Assembly (NCBI GenBank): GCA_043811375.1
Contig: JBDRNJ010000074.1
Span: 1-64,000, forward strand
DNA: 64,000 nucleotides
Direction: 5' to 3'
Source: a bacterium
Lineage (GTDB): Bacteria; Zixibacteria; MSB-5A5; GN15; FEB-12
The notes beneath the pieces are model-generated. The model saw nothing but the letters and a program-made list of their open reading frames with translations. It had not been told where the DNA came from and searched no databases. The translations under genes were made by a program, and so were the position numbers. Shown piece after piece: positions 28,410 to 38,694 of the stretch (the stretch's first letter is position 1; each line of letters opens with the position of its first letter).

Positions 28410-28617
28410 ACTGACCTCCAAAGTAGAAACAACAATGTACTTTCTGTCGCTTGTGATGCCGGTTCGGCACAGATAAAACGTCGACCGAACCGGGCAACGT
28501 TTATATATAGTGTTTTTGCCGTCGAAACGCAAAAGTTGTTTTGGTAATGGAAGGAGAAGAAGGTCGAGTCACCGTCGGCGATCACCCCGGACAAACTGTG
28601 GTATAGGTATCAACCGA

Positions 28618-29196
28618 TTACTCGTTCGTCTTACTGGGAAAATTCAGCACGGCCGGTTGGGGCAGCTTCATCAGGTCGCCCGACCCTTGCGAGCACGGTT
28701 CGTCCACCAATTCATGCGCTAGAATGGCGATGGCGCAGCAGTTCAGAGCTTGGGCCAATTCACCGGCGTGAAATGTCTGTGCCCATAAAGTGTGACCGGC
28801 TCGCAGAGCATCATCAAACCGACCGGTGTAGACCTCTTCCAGGGATTTCTGCATCCGCCACTCATCAGCCTTCCAGTTGACGTGCAGGCTTACGAAATAG
28901 GTTCCACGGCTGGCCGGAACCAGCGACTCCATGATAGCCAGCAGGTATCGGTTTCCCCCGGTATACAGCGGCAGGGTCAGGCGTAATCTGATTCCCGAGT
29001 CAAGTTTCTCGTCAGACGGATCGGCAGCAAATACCTCCATACAGTCCTGCCAGGAATCTGCTTGAGGGTAGGCTGGAAACGGTATCTGCTCCAGCCAGCC
29101 CAGCAGTTCACCGCGAATGGCGGCAACGTCCATCAACGGTTCACCCTTTTGCAGTTGCTCCAGAACCGCTTCTTTGACTTCTTTGCTTACCGGCAT
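28618..29196 (-). CDS. Hypothetical protein
   Basis: 192-aa ORF downstream of terminase. Confidence 0.6.
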   Translation of the reverse strand: MPVSKEVKEAVLEQLQKGEPLMDVAAIRGELLGWLEQIPFPAYPQADSWQDCMEVFAADPSDEKLDSGIRLRLTLPLYTGGNRYLLAIMESLVPASRGTYFVSLHVNWKADEWRMQKSLEEVYTGRFDDALRAGHTLWAQTFHAGELAQALNCCAIAILAHELVDEPCSQGSGDLMKLPQPAVLNFPSKTNE

Positions 29197-29293
29197 CTGT
29201 TCTCTCTTCGGGGCTGCTCCCGCAGCCGTGGTTACAGAGTATATACTATAGATTATCGGCCAACCGCCGAAGGTCTGCAGAGGGCGCCCACCC

Positions 29294-30640
29294 TCACACC
29301 ACCCCCACTCTCGGTGCCGGCGATAAGTCGCACTTTTTGCGCAGCGGCCACAAGGCCAGCGCCAGGGCCATCAGGGCATCGCACCGATTGTTGTCGTCCC
29401 AGCGCGCCTGGCGCAGTTCGTCCTCCAGCGACCATACCTTCCCCGGTCCGTCGGGCAATTCCCAACGCTGGTAGGCGATCTGCCCGCGCGCGTGCATTAA
29501 CTCGACGTTGATCAACAGCTCCGCTTTGGTGGTCGGAGTGAAAATCACCGGTGTCGGATTGAATTCTCTTAGCTGCTCAACCACCACGTCCCCCAGGCCG
29601 GTGGCGTCGACCATCAGTTGTCCCGGGTACTCAAGCTGGCGTTGTTTGATTTTTTCGATTATGACATTCCAGTCAAACATCCGGAATCGTTCCAGCGCTA
29701 TGATTCTTGCGAAGCCGTCGGCAACTTCTACCGTTATCCCCACCGTAGCCGTTCTTTTGCGCGCCAGGTCCCATCCAGTCAGGCGCATTGGTGCCACCCG
29801 GCCTGCGATAGTCTCAAACGACGAAAAGGCCTCACGACACCCTGCCAGCGCCACATCGATGTAAGCCCCCTTGAGAATCTCCCCGCCGGAATCGACAAAC
29901 TGGCCCATGATATTCTGCTGTACGCGCCGCTCGGTGAAATACTTCAACCTGTCTTTCAGGAAGTCGCTGGAGATGTGTTTGTTCTCACGGCTGTCGCCCG
30001 TCTGGAAATATCCGTCCCGTTTGCCGTCCATGATTTCACGCGCCCGGCGGTAGAACCAGTTGCGGCCGTTAGGGGTGGAAACCAGGTCCAGCCGACCCTC
30101 CCGGTCGGCCAGACGCATCTGTATAATTTCCTCGACCACGTACTCCGGGTCCGTCTCGAATGCGACTTCGTCGAATATAAACAGATCGTAGTCCTGGCCC
30201 AGCAGGTATTCACCCCGGTTTTGTGTTGAACGCGCCTCGACCGTAGCGCCGTTGCCGAACTGAAGCCGGGGATACGGGGTGCGGATCAGGTTGCTTATCA
30301 GCGGCGCCACCAGTGATGACTGCCGCACCAGTCGCACCACCTGGTCAAACACGATCCGGGCTTGTTCCTGGGTTATGGATGCCGTGATGATACGATACCG
30401 TCCACTGGTATCATACTTCAGATGCCGGGGACGGTACAGTGCGTGATGCACCACTTTAACCGCAGCTACAAACGATTTCCCCCAGCGATTGCCGGTGGCC
30501 AGAAGGTTCTCCCGGCGGCAGGAGTTGGCCAGCCATTGCCTCTGACCGTCGTGCAGGTTGATCCCCAAAACGGCCTGAGCAAAATAACCCGGATCGTCAA
30601 ACCCCCGCCGCCAGTCGACAGTCTGACCGTCGCCGGTTAT
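29294..30640 (-). CDS. terL: Terminase large subunit (start ATA 30640 or TTG 30568)
   Basis: Walker A GNRWGKS, Walker B FIFDE, motif III STP, nuclease acidic motifs GWDLAR, VDATGLGD, CDALMALALA. Confidence 0.92.
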   Translation of the reverse strand: MTGDGQTVDWRRGFDDPGYFAQAVLGINLHDGQRQWLANSCRRENLLATGNRWGKSFVAAVKVVHHALYRPRHLKYDTSGRYRIITASITQEQARIVFDQVVRLVRQSSLVAPLISNLIRTPYPRLQFGNGATVEARSTQNRGEYLLGQDYDLFIFDEVAFETDPEYVVEEIIQMRLADREGRLDLVSTPNGRNWFYRRAREIMDGKRDGYFQTGDSRENKHISSDFLKDRLKYFTERRVQQNIMGQFVDSGGEILKGAYIDVALAGCREAFSSFETIAGRVAPMRLTGWDLARKRTATVGITVEVADGFARIIALERFRMFDWNVIIEKIKQRQLEYPGQLMVDATGLGDVVVEQLREFNPTPVIFTPTTKAELLINVELMHARGQIAYQRWELPDGPGKVWSLEDELRQARWDDNNRCDALMALALALWPLRKKCDLSPAPRVGVV

Positions 30641-31908
30641 ATCAATCCTCCCGCTTTTTCACGAGCGATTGCTTCATCGATCAGGCCGGCCTGGAAAAGT
30701 CTGAGGATGTTATCCACGCGGCGCGACTCTACCTGGGCTTTCTCGGTTGCCTGGTAGGAAAAAGTATTGTCAAACACAAACCGGCAGCGGGTGTCAAATC
30801 CGCCCAGGGCGAGATCGACATTGCCTATCCACTCCAGGAAATCGGCAACTTCCGCCTGTACCGATTTCACTTGTCGCATAACGATATCGAATTTGAACCC
30901 CGACCAGGTAGTGGTGGCACCGTAGGAATAACCCAGCAGGAACGGCGCCAGGCTGGTGCCGGAACATATATCCTCCACCATCGCCCGGTGATTGAGAAAC
31001 CAGCTGTTGGTCACATTGCGGGAGGTGTTAGGGCCGATATATTCGATAGCAACGTTGTCCCAGGTGACCGGGTTGTCGTCAACTTCGCAGGATTTGATCA
31101 TCGACACCGTGGAGTCGAAGTAGCTGTTGATCCGATCGACGTAGGCACTGTCGGATTCCCCGGCCGATCGCCCCGGTGGTGTGATCTTGACATGAAGACG
31201 GTGAAAGCCGGAATTATGGCTGGTGCGTCGCATGTCATCGACCAGTTGCTGCTCAATATAGGCCACAAACGAAACCGCCTTCAACATTGATCGTCCCAGC
31301 GGTTCGGACAGGTTGCCGTTGAGAGCCACGTGATAGAAGTCGGGGCGGTTAAGTACCAGGGGGCCGGTGTCGCGATCCAGGATCAACCGCGCCTTCCCTT
31401 CAGCTTCCTCGTAACTCAACCGGGAGGAATCGACTCCGAAGAAACGATCGACACCGGAGCCATCGCGGGAGACAGTCAGGAAACCACCAAAGACACCATC
31501 GCGGTACAGAGCGGTGAACAACTCTGTAAGAAACGTTACCAGCCCTACCGGGTTGCCGGCTGCATTTACTCCCAGGTGTTGTGACAACCTCTCCAGTCGC
31601 CGGCCGGCCTGCTGTCGCTTTTGTTCGTCGGCGGCACCAACCACCTGGTACTCTCCCGGCGCTGCCGACAACCTGACCCAGGTCCAGATACAGGCGCTGA
31701 CTACCGGCAGGTTATCCGTCAGAAAACGATAAAGCAATGTCCGGTAGCGGCCCGATCTGACTTCTGACTGCGACATCCGGAGCATGGAATGCAACCGCTC
31801 GGAAGTCCCAAACCGTGTCTTCTCGATTGTTCTGGCCGCCGTTGACAGGCGTGATTGCCCGGGCATATCGGCGGTGCCCTCTTCTTTCTTCCCTGAGAAC
31901 CAACCCAT
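30637..31908 (-). CDS. Phage portal protein
   Basis: 423 aa, adjacent to terL; PLGRS, LAPFLLGYSYGATTTWS-type motifs; AAGGAG SD. Confidence 0.75.
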   Translation of the reverse strand: MGWFSGKKEEGTADMPGQSRLSTAARTIEKTRFGTSERLHSMLRMSQSEVRSGRYRTLLYRFLTDNLPVVSACIWTWVRLSAAPGEYQVVGAADEQKRQQAGRRLERLSQHLGVNAAGNPVGLVTFLTELFTALYRDGVFGGFLTVSRDGSGVDRFFGVDSSRLSYEEAEGKARLILDRDTGPLVLNRPDFYHVALNGNLSEPLGRSMLKAVSFVAYIEQQLVDDMRRTSHNSGFHRLHVKITPPGRSAGESDSAYVDRINSYFDSTVSMIKSCEVDDNPVTWDNVAIEYIGPNTSRNVTNSWFLNHRAMVEDICSGTSLAPFLLGYSYGATTTWSGFKFDIVMRQVKSVQAEVADFLEWIGNVDLALGGFDTRCRFVFDNTFSYQATEKAQVESRRVDNILRLFQAGLIDEAIAREKAGGLI

Positions 31909-32089
31909 GATCGCTCCTTTTTTCACTGTTTTGAAACCACCGATCAACACCAGATTAGGAGCTTTTTTGATCAATACATCACCTGTTGCCGCGCGACCGA
32001 CCAGATTTGACTTGAACCACCAGCGGACAAATTCTATATTCGCGGTGTCTATTGCTTGAAACTCGACAAGTTAGTCGCTACTATCACAA

Positions 32090-33613
32090 ATGACATACGG
32101 CACAGCAAGTTCGGCCTGGCGCATTGTCCTGTTAATACCGGTATTAGTACTGTGTTGCAGTGACAACAGCGCCGTTCGTCTCCGCTACCAGGCGGAAAAG
32201 GCGGCACATTATGCCGAAAAGAGCCTGCAGGAGATTCATCACCGGGTGGAATCCGCCGACGAGAGTTCTTTCCGCGAAGTAACCGACCGATTCGGCCACG
32301 CTGCCGACTACAGCCTGGCTTCTCTCGATTCCATAGACTCAACAATTAACCCACTCGAGTATCAGCAGATACAACAACTTGCCTTTCAGACAAGTGATCG
32401 CCTCTCGCGGTTATTTTATGCTCGCGGGCAATTTGATACCTGCCGGAGCATTCTGAGCCGTCTGCCGGATCGGATGTACCTGAACACATCACAACAGGTT
32501 TCGGTTCGACTCAACCTGGGAAAGACCTGGCAGGCCTCCGGTTTCTTCGATAGTGCCCTGGCAATTTACAGAAATACGCTGCAGGTCTTCTATCCGCCGG
32601 TCAATGACTCCGGTGAGGTGATTGATAAACTGCTTGACCTGCCGGCACATCTTTTCCGCGTGACCGAAATGACGGGCGATTCCAGCTCTGCCGCGAACAT
32701 GCTCACACTGGCGGAGCAGTATTACCTCACACTTCTTGATGATTGTTCCGGTGCACATCCGGCGGCGGCGGTCCGCGCCGGCCTGATACGCCTTTACAAC
32801 CATACCGGCCAGTGGAATAAAGAAATAACCCAACTGCAGGTCGTTCTTGATTCCAACCAGCCGGCAGCAATCTCCACCGCGTCATCATCTGTCGAACACG
32901 CCAGGCAGGCAATCAAACTTCGTCTGTCCGACATATATGCCACCAACCCCGACCGACACCAACAGGCCCTGACACTCTACCGTGAAATCCTTGATAGTCT
33001 GGCACCATCCGATACAATACTCCGCCCACAAATTCTGTTTGGCATCGGCGAGACTATTTTGGCCCAGGGCGATCACTCCCGGGCCAGACAGAAACTGCTG
33101 AGACTCAAGCGTGAGTATCCCAAATTTTTTGCCGCCACCCCGCCGGTTCAGCGCGCTATCGCCCGGTCCTTTGAACTGGAAGGAAACTTCAATCGCGCCG
33201 AATTAGAGTATTTATTCCTCATCGAAAGTTTCCGAGGAACCGACGAAGCCATGGCCGCCTACCTCCATCTTGCCGACCACTACGATAAGCAGAACCGAAT
33301 GACTGAGGCGGCACGATGGTACCGTCAGGCAGAACAGAATTTTGATGAGGTGGCAACAATGGCTGCGGGCACAGCCACCGGGGCTGGCGCCCTGAGCTAC
33401 AAAGCCGATCTTTACCTCAAAAGACGGGACTGGCGCCGGTCAGCAGAGATACTGCTGGATTTGTTCGGCCGGTATCCACATACTGAGGCCGGTCGACGGG
33501 CTTTGCATAAGGCAGCAAATATTTACCGCCGCAAGCTTGATAATCGGGTTGCTGCCGATTCATTAATAAAAGTCCTGAAAACGGGTATGGCAGAAATTGA
33601 ACAGTTACGATAA
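32090..33613 (+). CDS. TPR-repeat exported protein/lipoprotein
   Basis: Signal with CCS; TPR-like helices. Confidence 0.75.
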   Translation: MTYGTASSAWRIVLLIPVLVLCCSDNSAVRLRYQAEKAAHYAEKSLQEIHHRVESADESSFREVTDRFGHAADYSLASLDSIDSTINPLEYQQIQQLAFQTSDRLSRLFYARGQFDTCRSILSRLPDRMYLNTSQQVSVRLNLGKTWQASGFFDSALAIYRNTLQVFYPPVNDSGEVIDKLLDLPAHLFRVTEMTGDSSSAANMLTLAEQYYLTLLDDCSGAHPAAAVRAGLIRLYNHTGQWNKEITQLQVVLDSNQPAAISTASSSVEHARQAIKLRLSDIYATNPDRHQQALTLYREILDSLAPSDTILRPQILFGIGETILAQGDHSRARQKLLRLKREYPKFFAATPPVQRAIARSFELEGNFNRAELEYLFLIESFRGTDEAMAAYLHLADHYDKQNRMTEAARWYRQAEQNFDEVATMAAGTATGAGALSYKADLYLKRRDWRRSAEILLDLFGRYPHTEAGRRALHKAANIYRRKLDNRVAADSLIKVLKTGMAEIEQLR

Positions 33614-33681
33614 AATAAGAACTATAGATAAGCCGGAGTGTAAAAACATCGGCCAAAGAATTAACACCGATCGGAGGAAAG

Positions 33682-34254
33682 ATGAAATCTGCGCTATTAG
33701 TTGCTGTCTGTTTTCTGGCAGGTCTGCTGATAACCCCGCTGGTTTCGGCACAAGTTGACCATTTCGGTAAAATCGACACCATATACGCCGATGTAGCCCA
33801 AATCGATGACCTCAACTGGACGATCACCGTTTCCTTTACCAATGATGAGACGGTGGACGGGATGTCGATACCGCTGCAAATGAAAGCCGGGCTCACACGT
33901 ATTGTCGCCGACTCTGCGGTCTACACCGGAGGACGGGTAGAATCATTCGCCTACAAGGGCTTCCGCCCCGACAGCGCCATCCAGTGCGTTATGCTGGGAA
34001 TGATTGCCAACCTTGGCCCGACCCAGAATCAACTCAGGCCCGGCAGCGGTCGGCTGGTGACTGTATTCGTGTCATCTCCCGATAAAAAGCCAATCGAGGA
34101 TCTTCAGGTCGATACCACCACACTGCACCCCAGCAATTCCCTGCTGGTTGTCGCCGACCGGACCCAACTCGATCCCGATGCCGATACCGTTCCGGTCCAT
34201 ATCAGCAAGAAGCTGGAAATCGTACCGGCCTTCGTGGCTCGCCGGCAAAAGTGA
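33682..34254 (+). CDS. Secreted stand-alone cohesin-like protein
   Basis: Signal peptide; ITVSFTNDETVDGMSIPL...LRPGSGRLVTVFV parallels 8885-9709. Confidence 0.6.
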   Translation: MKSALLVAVCFLAGLLITPLVSAQVDHFGKIDTIYADVAQIDDLNWTITVSFTNDETVDGMSIPLQMKAGLTRIVADSAVYTGGRVESFAYKGFRPDSAIQCVMLGMIANLGPTQNQLRPGSGRLVTVFVSSPDKKPIEDLQVDTTTLHPSNSLLVVADRTQLDPDADTVPVHISKKLEIVPAFVARRQK

Positions 34255-34281
34255 CCTTAGTAGATAATTTGTCTGACTATA

Positions 34282-34311
34282 GCGCCCGGTGTCACACCGG
34301 GCGTTTTTTTT
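34282..34311 (+). terminator. Intrinsic terminator
   Basis: CGCCCGGTG/CACCGGGCG stem plus T8. Confidence 0.85.
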
Positions 34312-34350
34312 GAACCTGACTAACGGACGCCGGCAGGGATCGGTACCGAA

Positions 34351-35592
34351 TTATTCCGTGTCCGTTCCGGGGTCCCGATCAGGTTTTGCCCTGACAGAAG
34401 GCCTTTCCTTTTCGACCACAAACCTCTTCAGTTGCTCCATCTGGTCCGGGTCAAGCCTTTCCTTTCGGTAGACCTCCTTCATGAGAGCCCGGGCATTCAG
34501 TTCGAAGAAATCTTGTAAGCTCTCTTCTTGTATGCCCAATTCCCTTACGAGATACGACAGTTGCGCAAAGAGATCACGATCATCGGTACGGGTGATGAAT
34601 TCCTCTGAACGGGAAATCCTGACTGTCACCTGACCGGCATCTCCCTCGAAAGTCGCCAGATCCATATCTTTTGACAACTGAACCAACTCGCTCTTTAGTT
34701 CTTCCCAACGGCTTTTCAATTCCTTGTACGTGCGGTCGGTGTCAAGAAATTCACTGGCCACTACGTAAGCCCGTTTCGCGATGTCCTCATCATTACTATC
34801 GGTGGTCTCTGCCAGCAACTGCTTGTGCCTCTTGGCGGGACAGACACCAACGTAATCGCAGTAATTGCAAAGGGGGCCTTCCTTGACCGGAAATTCGTCA
34901 AGCTGTCGTGACTGCTTTATTTCGATCACACCCAGGCGAAGTTCCTCGACCAGACGCTCCAACTCGTCCGGAGGCATCCGGTAACAAACCACCTCATCCG
35001 GACGCAACAGGTACTGGGCCACTTCAATCGTCTCAAACTGCGGGTAATTCTGTTTTACCGCCAGTTGGTACAGCCCCATCTGGAAAAAGAAATCCAAGTC
35101 GGTCGGTCGCACCAGTCGCCCGCCGGTCTTATAATCACAGATCTCAATCACTTTGTCATCGCGTTTCCACAAACGGTCGATCCTGACATTGAACTTAAAA
35201 TCAGAACCCGGCAGAACGAATCCGAGTGACAATTCGGTACCCAGCAACGTGCCCGGATTAAACGGCTGAAAACGCTCATAGTGCCTTTTCAGCATCTGCC
35301 GCCCCAGTCTGGCCTGGTCATCCACCGTATAGGCATCGTTGTTGACCACGATCTGCTCCGGCGCGACACTCTCCCACTGCTGCCGGAAGTAGTCGTCCAC
35401 ATCCTCCAACGACATGACGATTCCATCGGAACCGAGTTTATACAGCCGTACCAGAACCCGGTGAACCACATTCCCCAGATGCGTCACGTCATTCAGCTTC
35501 CGGGGCACCTCTACTCGATCGATATACTTGAACTTGAACTGCCGGGGGCAGTTCCGAAATGTCCTGAGTAAACTGTGACTATAGGCTCGCAT
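34351..35592 (-). CDS. PD-(D/E)XK RecB-family nuclease with Fe-S cysteines
   Basis: CPRQF, RIDRL, ICDYKTG, QMGLY, CNYCDYVGVC. Confidence 0.88.
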   Translation of the reverse strand: MRAYSHSLLRTFRNCPRQFKFKYIDRVEVPRKLNDVTHLGNVVHRVLVRLYKLGSDGIVMSLEDVDDYFRQQWESVAPEQIVVNNDAYTVDDQARLGRQMLKRHYERFQPFNPGTLLGTELSLGFVLPGSDFKFNVRIDRLWKRDDKVIEICDYKTGGRLVRPTDLDFFFQMGLYQLAVKQNYPQFETIEVAQYLLRPDEVVCYRMPPDELERLVEELRLGVIEIKQSRQLDEFPVKEGPLCNYCDYVGVCPAKRHKQLLAETTDSNDEDIAKRAYVVASEFLDTDRTYKELKSRWEELKSELVQLSKDMDLATFEGDAGQVTVRISRSEEFITRTDDRDLFAQLSYLVRELGIQEESLQDFFELNARALMKEVYRKERLDPDQMEQLKRFVVEKERPSVRAKPDRDPGTDTE

Positions 35593-35654
35593 CGATCAAC
35601 CTCATATCGCCGCAACAGCCGCCAGTATCCGGATGAATCAGCATCGCCGATAAC

Positions 35655-36683
35655 TCATAGTCGATGTGTCGGGCCTCTACCGAAAAGATTTTCATACCAT
35701 CCCAGCAGGATGCCGACACCCAGGCCAAAGTGGATAGTGGGAAGGATCAGTGGTCCGTATAACAGACAGACCGGTTGCTTCTCTTTCAACGCCAGGAACA
35801 ATGAAAAAGTGACCACCAGCAAAAGATACAGAGCACAGACCGTCCGAAAAGCCGCCACCACCGGTGCGGCCAGCAATGACAGCAGTAACATAAGGACAAA
35901 TCCCAACACCCCGATTGCGGCCAGCCACTGCCACGGAGAAATCAGACTGTGCTTGGCGGCAAAGCGGGCTCGACCCCGACCATAACGCACCATCTGTTGC
36001 CAAAGCGCTCCAATGCTTGCTCGTGGATAATAATATGTCATCAGCCGCTGCGACAGGTACGACTTGATTCCGGCCTTATGGAGACGATAATTGAAATCCA
36101 CATCTTCGCAGGCATCGAAATCTTCATCGAAGTACCCAATCTCCTCGAAAACCGAACGCTCATAGATGGCGCCCGAGGATGTGGGATCGACCTCTCCCTC
36201 GGAAGTGGAATATATCTCCGACCACGGCCGATGTCCCAGAACAGATCCCCGGCAGAGGGCTACTGCGGTTTCAAACTCGTTTATACCCGGTACCGTCAAC
36301 GGTTGCGGTCGACACAGGCACCCGGCCCCGGTCGACTCGAACAGCTCCACAATATCGCGCAGCATCATCCGGCTGGGTATGTGTATATGTCCGTCCAGAA
36401 TCGCCACGTACCGGGCGGTAGAGTTCTTGATTCCGACATTGCGTCCCGAGCCCGGTCCGTAGCCGGGGTTGTCCAGCACTTTCAGTGACCCAAACCTGTT
36501 TCGGAACTGTTCGGCTGCCGCGCGCGTCCCGTCAGTGGAACCGCCATCGGCAACAACCACCTCCAGACGCTCCATCGGAAAATCCTGGTGATAAATCTGA
36601 TCAAGAACACGACCAATATGCTGCTTCTCATTGAGCGTCGGCATCACGACAGCCAGATCGTATTTCGAATCAGATTCCGTCAT
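35655..36683 (-). CDS. GT2 glycosyltransferase (ExoA-like)
   Basis: DGGSTDGT, LDGH, EDVDF; C-terminal TMs. Confidence 0.88.
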   Translation of the reverse strand: MTESDSKYDLAVVMPTLNEKQHIGRVLDQIYHQDFPMERLEVVVADGGSTDGTRAAAEQFRNRFGSLKVLDNPGYGPGSGRNVGIKNSTARYVAILDGHIHIPSRMMLRDIVELFESTGAGCLCRPQPLTVPGINEFETAVALCRGSVLGHRPWSEIYSTSEGEVDPTSSGAIYERSVFEEIGYFDEDFDACEDVDFNYRLHKAGIKSYLSQRLMTYYYPRASIGALWQQMVRYGRGRARFAAKHSLISPWQWLAAIGVLGFVLMLLLSLLAAPVVAAFRTVCALYLLLVVTFSLFLALKEKQPVCLLYGPLILPTIHFGLGVGILLGWYENLFGRGPTHRL

Positions 36684-36894
36684 CTTATTAGTCTCGTCTC
36701 TGCAAAGAATCTCCCATCAGCCCGATTGTGGCCGCCGTAGTTTCCGGCCACACTCACGCCGATTGCCACATCAGGCAATAAACCCTTTGCGTATTCCAAT
36801 GCAAGCAATGATTACCGATCCTGCCGCCCTTTGCGAATCGACGATACAGGGGGCGGCAGATGTCCGGAGGTTTACCCAAAAGTCCGCTGTTCGA

Positions 36895-37137
36895 TCAGGT
36901 ATTGGCTCGCTTCCGCGTGAGGTGTGATCTGTCCGCAAATCGACGACATTGTTGCTCAGGCACTTGCGAAGAAGCTCCGGAACCTTCGATAACCAGGTGA
37001 TCATCACCACCGATATCCTCCGGAAAAACACAGGTATTGCTCAGATCATCGGAGTTGCATGATCGACAAAGCCAAACGCCGTGTAGCCGAATCAGCGACC
37101 GACCGCAATTGACGCATTTTTTTTCCTGTCTGGTCAT
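36895..37137 (-). CDS. Possible small Zn-ribbon protein
   Basis: CVNC...CRSC; AGGA upstream. Confidence 0.35.
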   Translation of the reverse strand: MTRQEKKCVNCGRSLIRLHGVWLCRSCNSDDLSNTCVFPEDIGGDDHLVIEGSGASSQVPEQQCRRFADRSHLTRKRANT

Positions 37138-37273
37138 CCTGCCCGAATCCCCGACTTCCGCTTGTCGACCTGGGTGATAGTGATACTATAGTTTCACAGG
37201 CAATTACCGTGCAACCACCCTGCCGAGTCGCAGCGATTCTCTTAATTGTATGGATTAACATGAATTAGGTACA

Positions 37274-37372
37274 GTAGGTCGGCGTTCCGAGTGAGTCCGG
37301 CATCAGACGGATGAATGAGAAACCCGACATTCCCCTGGTGGGTAGGGTCTTTTCGGGCTATCGTGGATTCGC
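37274..37372. repeat. GTAG-class REP-like element, inverted copy of 8332-8433
   Basis: GTAGGTCGGCGTTCCGAGTGA...AAACCCGACAT matches the reverse complement at 8377-8433. Confidence 0.75.
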
Positions 37373-37473
37373 TGATAGATGGTCTCAGGCCACAGATATG
37401 GCCCTGATCCCTTTACGGCGGAATTAAGGACAGTTTGATTACTTGCCGGAAAAAGCCGCTTGCGGCCGTCGGC

Positions 37474-38694
37474 TCAGTATTCCTGCCAGTGGTAGTCGGC
37501 CAGCACGATCAGACCCACCAGCGACCAGCATAACACCAGCGATGTACCCCCGTAGCTCACAAACGGCAAAGCCAGGCCGGTTACCGGCATGAAACCAAGA
37601 GCCATGCCGACATTGATAAAAAACTGAAACAACAGGATACCCGTCGCACCCATAACCATTTTAGAGGCAAAGCGCGATCGACATCGAGTTGCAATCCGGA
37701 TAGCTCGATAGAACAGAAATCCGAACAGCAGTAACACCAATATCCCCCCCCACAATCCGTACTCCTCTCCGAGCACGGAAAAAATGAAATCGGTGTGACG
37801 TTCCGGAAGAAAATCCAGCCGTGTCTGAGATCCGTTGAGAGGACCCTTGCCCCAGACACCTCCTGATCCGATGGCGATTTTTGACTGGATGATCTGATAA
37901 CCGGCGCCTCGCGGGTCATGACTGGGATCCAGAAACGTCAGTATACGCAGCTTCTGATAATCGGCCAGGCGGTTCCAGATGAACGGCGTGATCATACCGA
38001 AAGCCAGGTTGGTCACCACCGTAACCACACCAAAGAGAAATCCCGGCCGCAGAAGAAAGATGTACACCAGCAGGACGGCGAAATAAAGAGCCCAGGCCAG
38101 CCAGTGTGAGGCGGCCACCAGCGACACTATCGGAGACAATACTAAAACCATGTACCAGGGCGACAGTCCGCTCCAAAACCACAATACGAAGAGTATCACG
38201 AAGAAGACCAGCGATGTCCCCAGATCCGGCTGCTTCAGCACCAGTGCCGCCGGGATCAGCATCATCAGGGCAGATAGAGCCAGTCGCCGTTTTGATGTTG
38301 GTGGCAGTTTGGTATAGGCAAAAAAGCGTGACAGGGCCAGCACCAGCGCCAGCTTGGCAATGTCGGAAGGCGCCAGATTGATCGGTCCGAAAGAAAACCA
38401 CCGTGTTGCTCCCAGTCTGGTCGTGCCAACCACCAACACCAGTATCAGCAAACCGAGCGCTACGGCGTAAAAGAGATAAGCGCCAAAATCCATCAGCTTC
38501 AGCGGTAAATGAAGCACCACCACGAAGGCCGCCAGCGCCATCGCCAGCCAGAGGAGCTGGCGCTGGAAGAAATCACGCTCGAAATCCGAGCCGGCATAAT
38601 ACTGGGCCGACATAATGAGCAGAACTCCAATCAGCGACAACAACAGCACGGCACCGATCAATTGCCAGTCAAGTTCCCGATAATTGAGCATCAC
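37474..38694 (-). CDS. rodA: Rod shape-determining SEDS protein RodA
   Basis: QPDLGT, FLPERHTDFIF, SYGGTS. Confidence 0.95.
   Translation of the reverse strand: MMLNYRELDWQLIGAVLLLSLIGVLLIMSAQYYAGSDFERDFFQRQLLWLAMALAAFVVVLHLPLKLMDFGAYLFYAVALGLLILVLVVGTTRLGATRWFSFGPINLAPSDIAKLALVLALSRFFAYTKLPPTSKRRLALSALMMLIPAALVLKQPDLGTSLVFFVILFVLWFWSGLSPWYMVLVLSPIVSLVAASHWLAWALYFAVLLVYIFLLRPGFLFGVVTVVTNLAFGMITPFIWNRLADYQKLRILTFLDPSHDPRGAGYQIIQSKIAIGSGGVWGKGPLNGSQTRLDFLPERHTDFIFSVLGEEYGLWGGILVLLLFGFLFYRAIRIATRCRSRFASKMVMGATGILLFQFFINVGMALGFMPVTGLALPFVSYGGTSLVLCWSLVGLIVLADYHWQEY

Noticed and set aside
16134..31908. Intact inducible prophage
   Set aside because: No integrase, repressor, replication, long-tail genes or att repeats recognised, and host genes are interleaved. 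A decayed prophage cannot be fully excluded without comparative data.
34351..35592. CRISPR-Cas cas4
   Set aside because: No array or other cas genes seen
37196..37215. Sigma54 promoter for the small Zn-ribbon ORF (TTGCACGGTAATTGC)
   Set aside because: Lacks the near-invariant -24 GG; too weak to call
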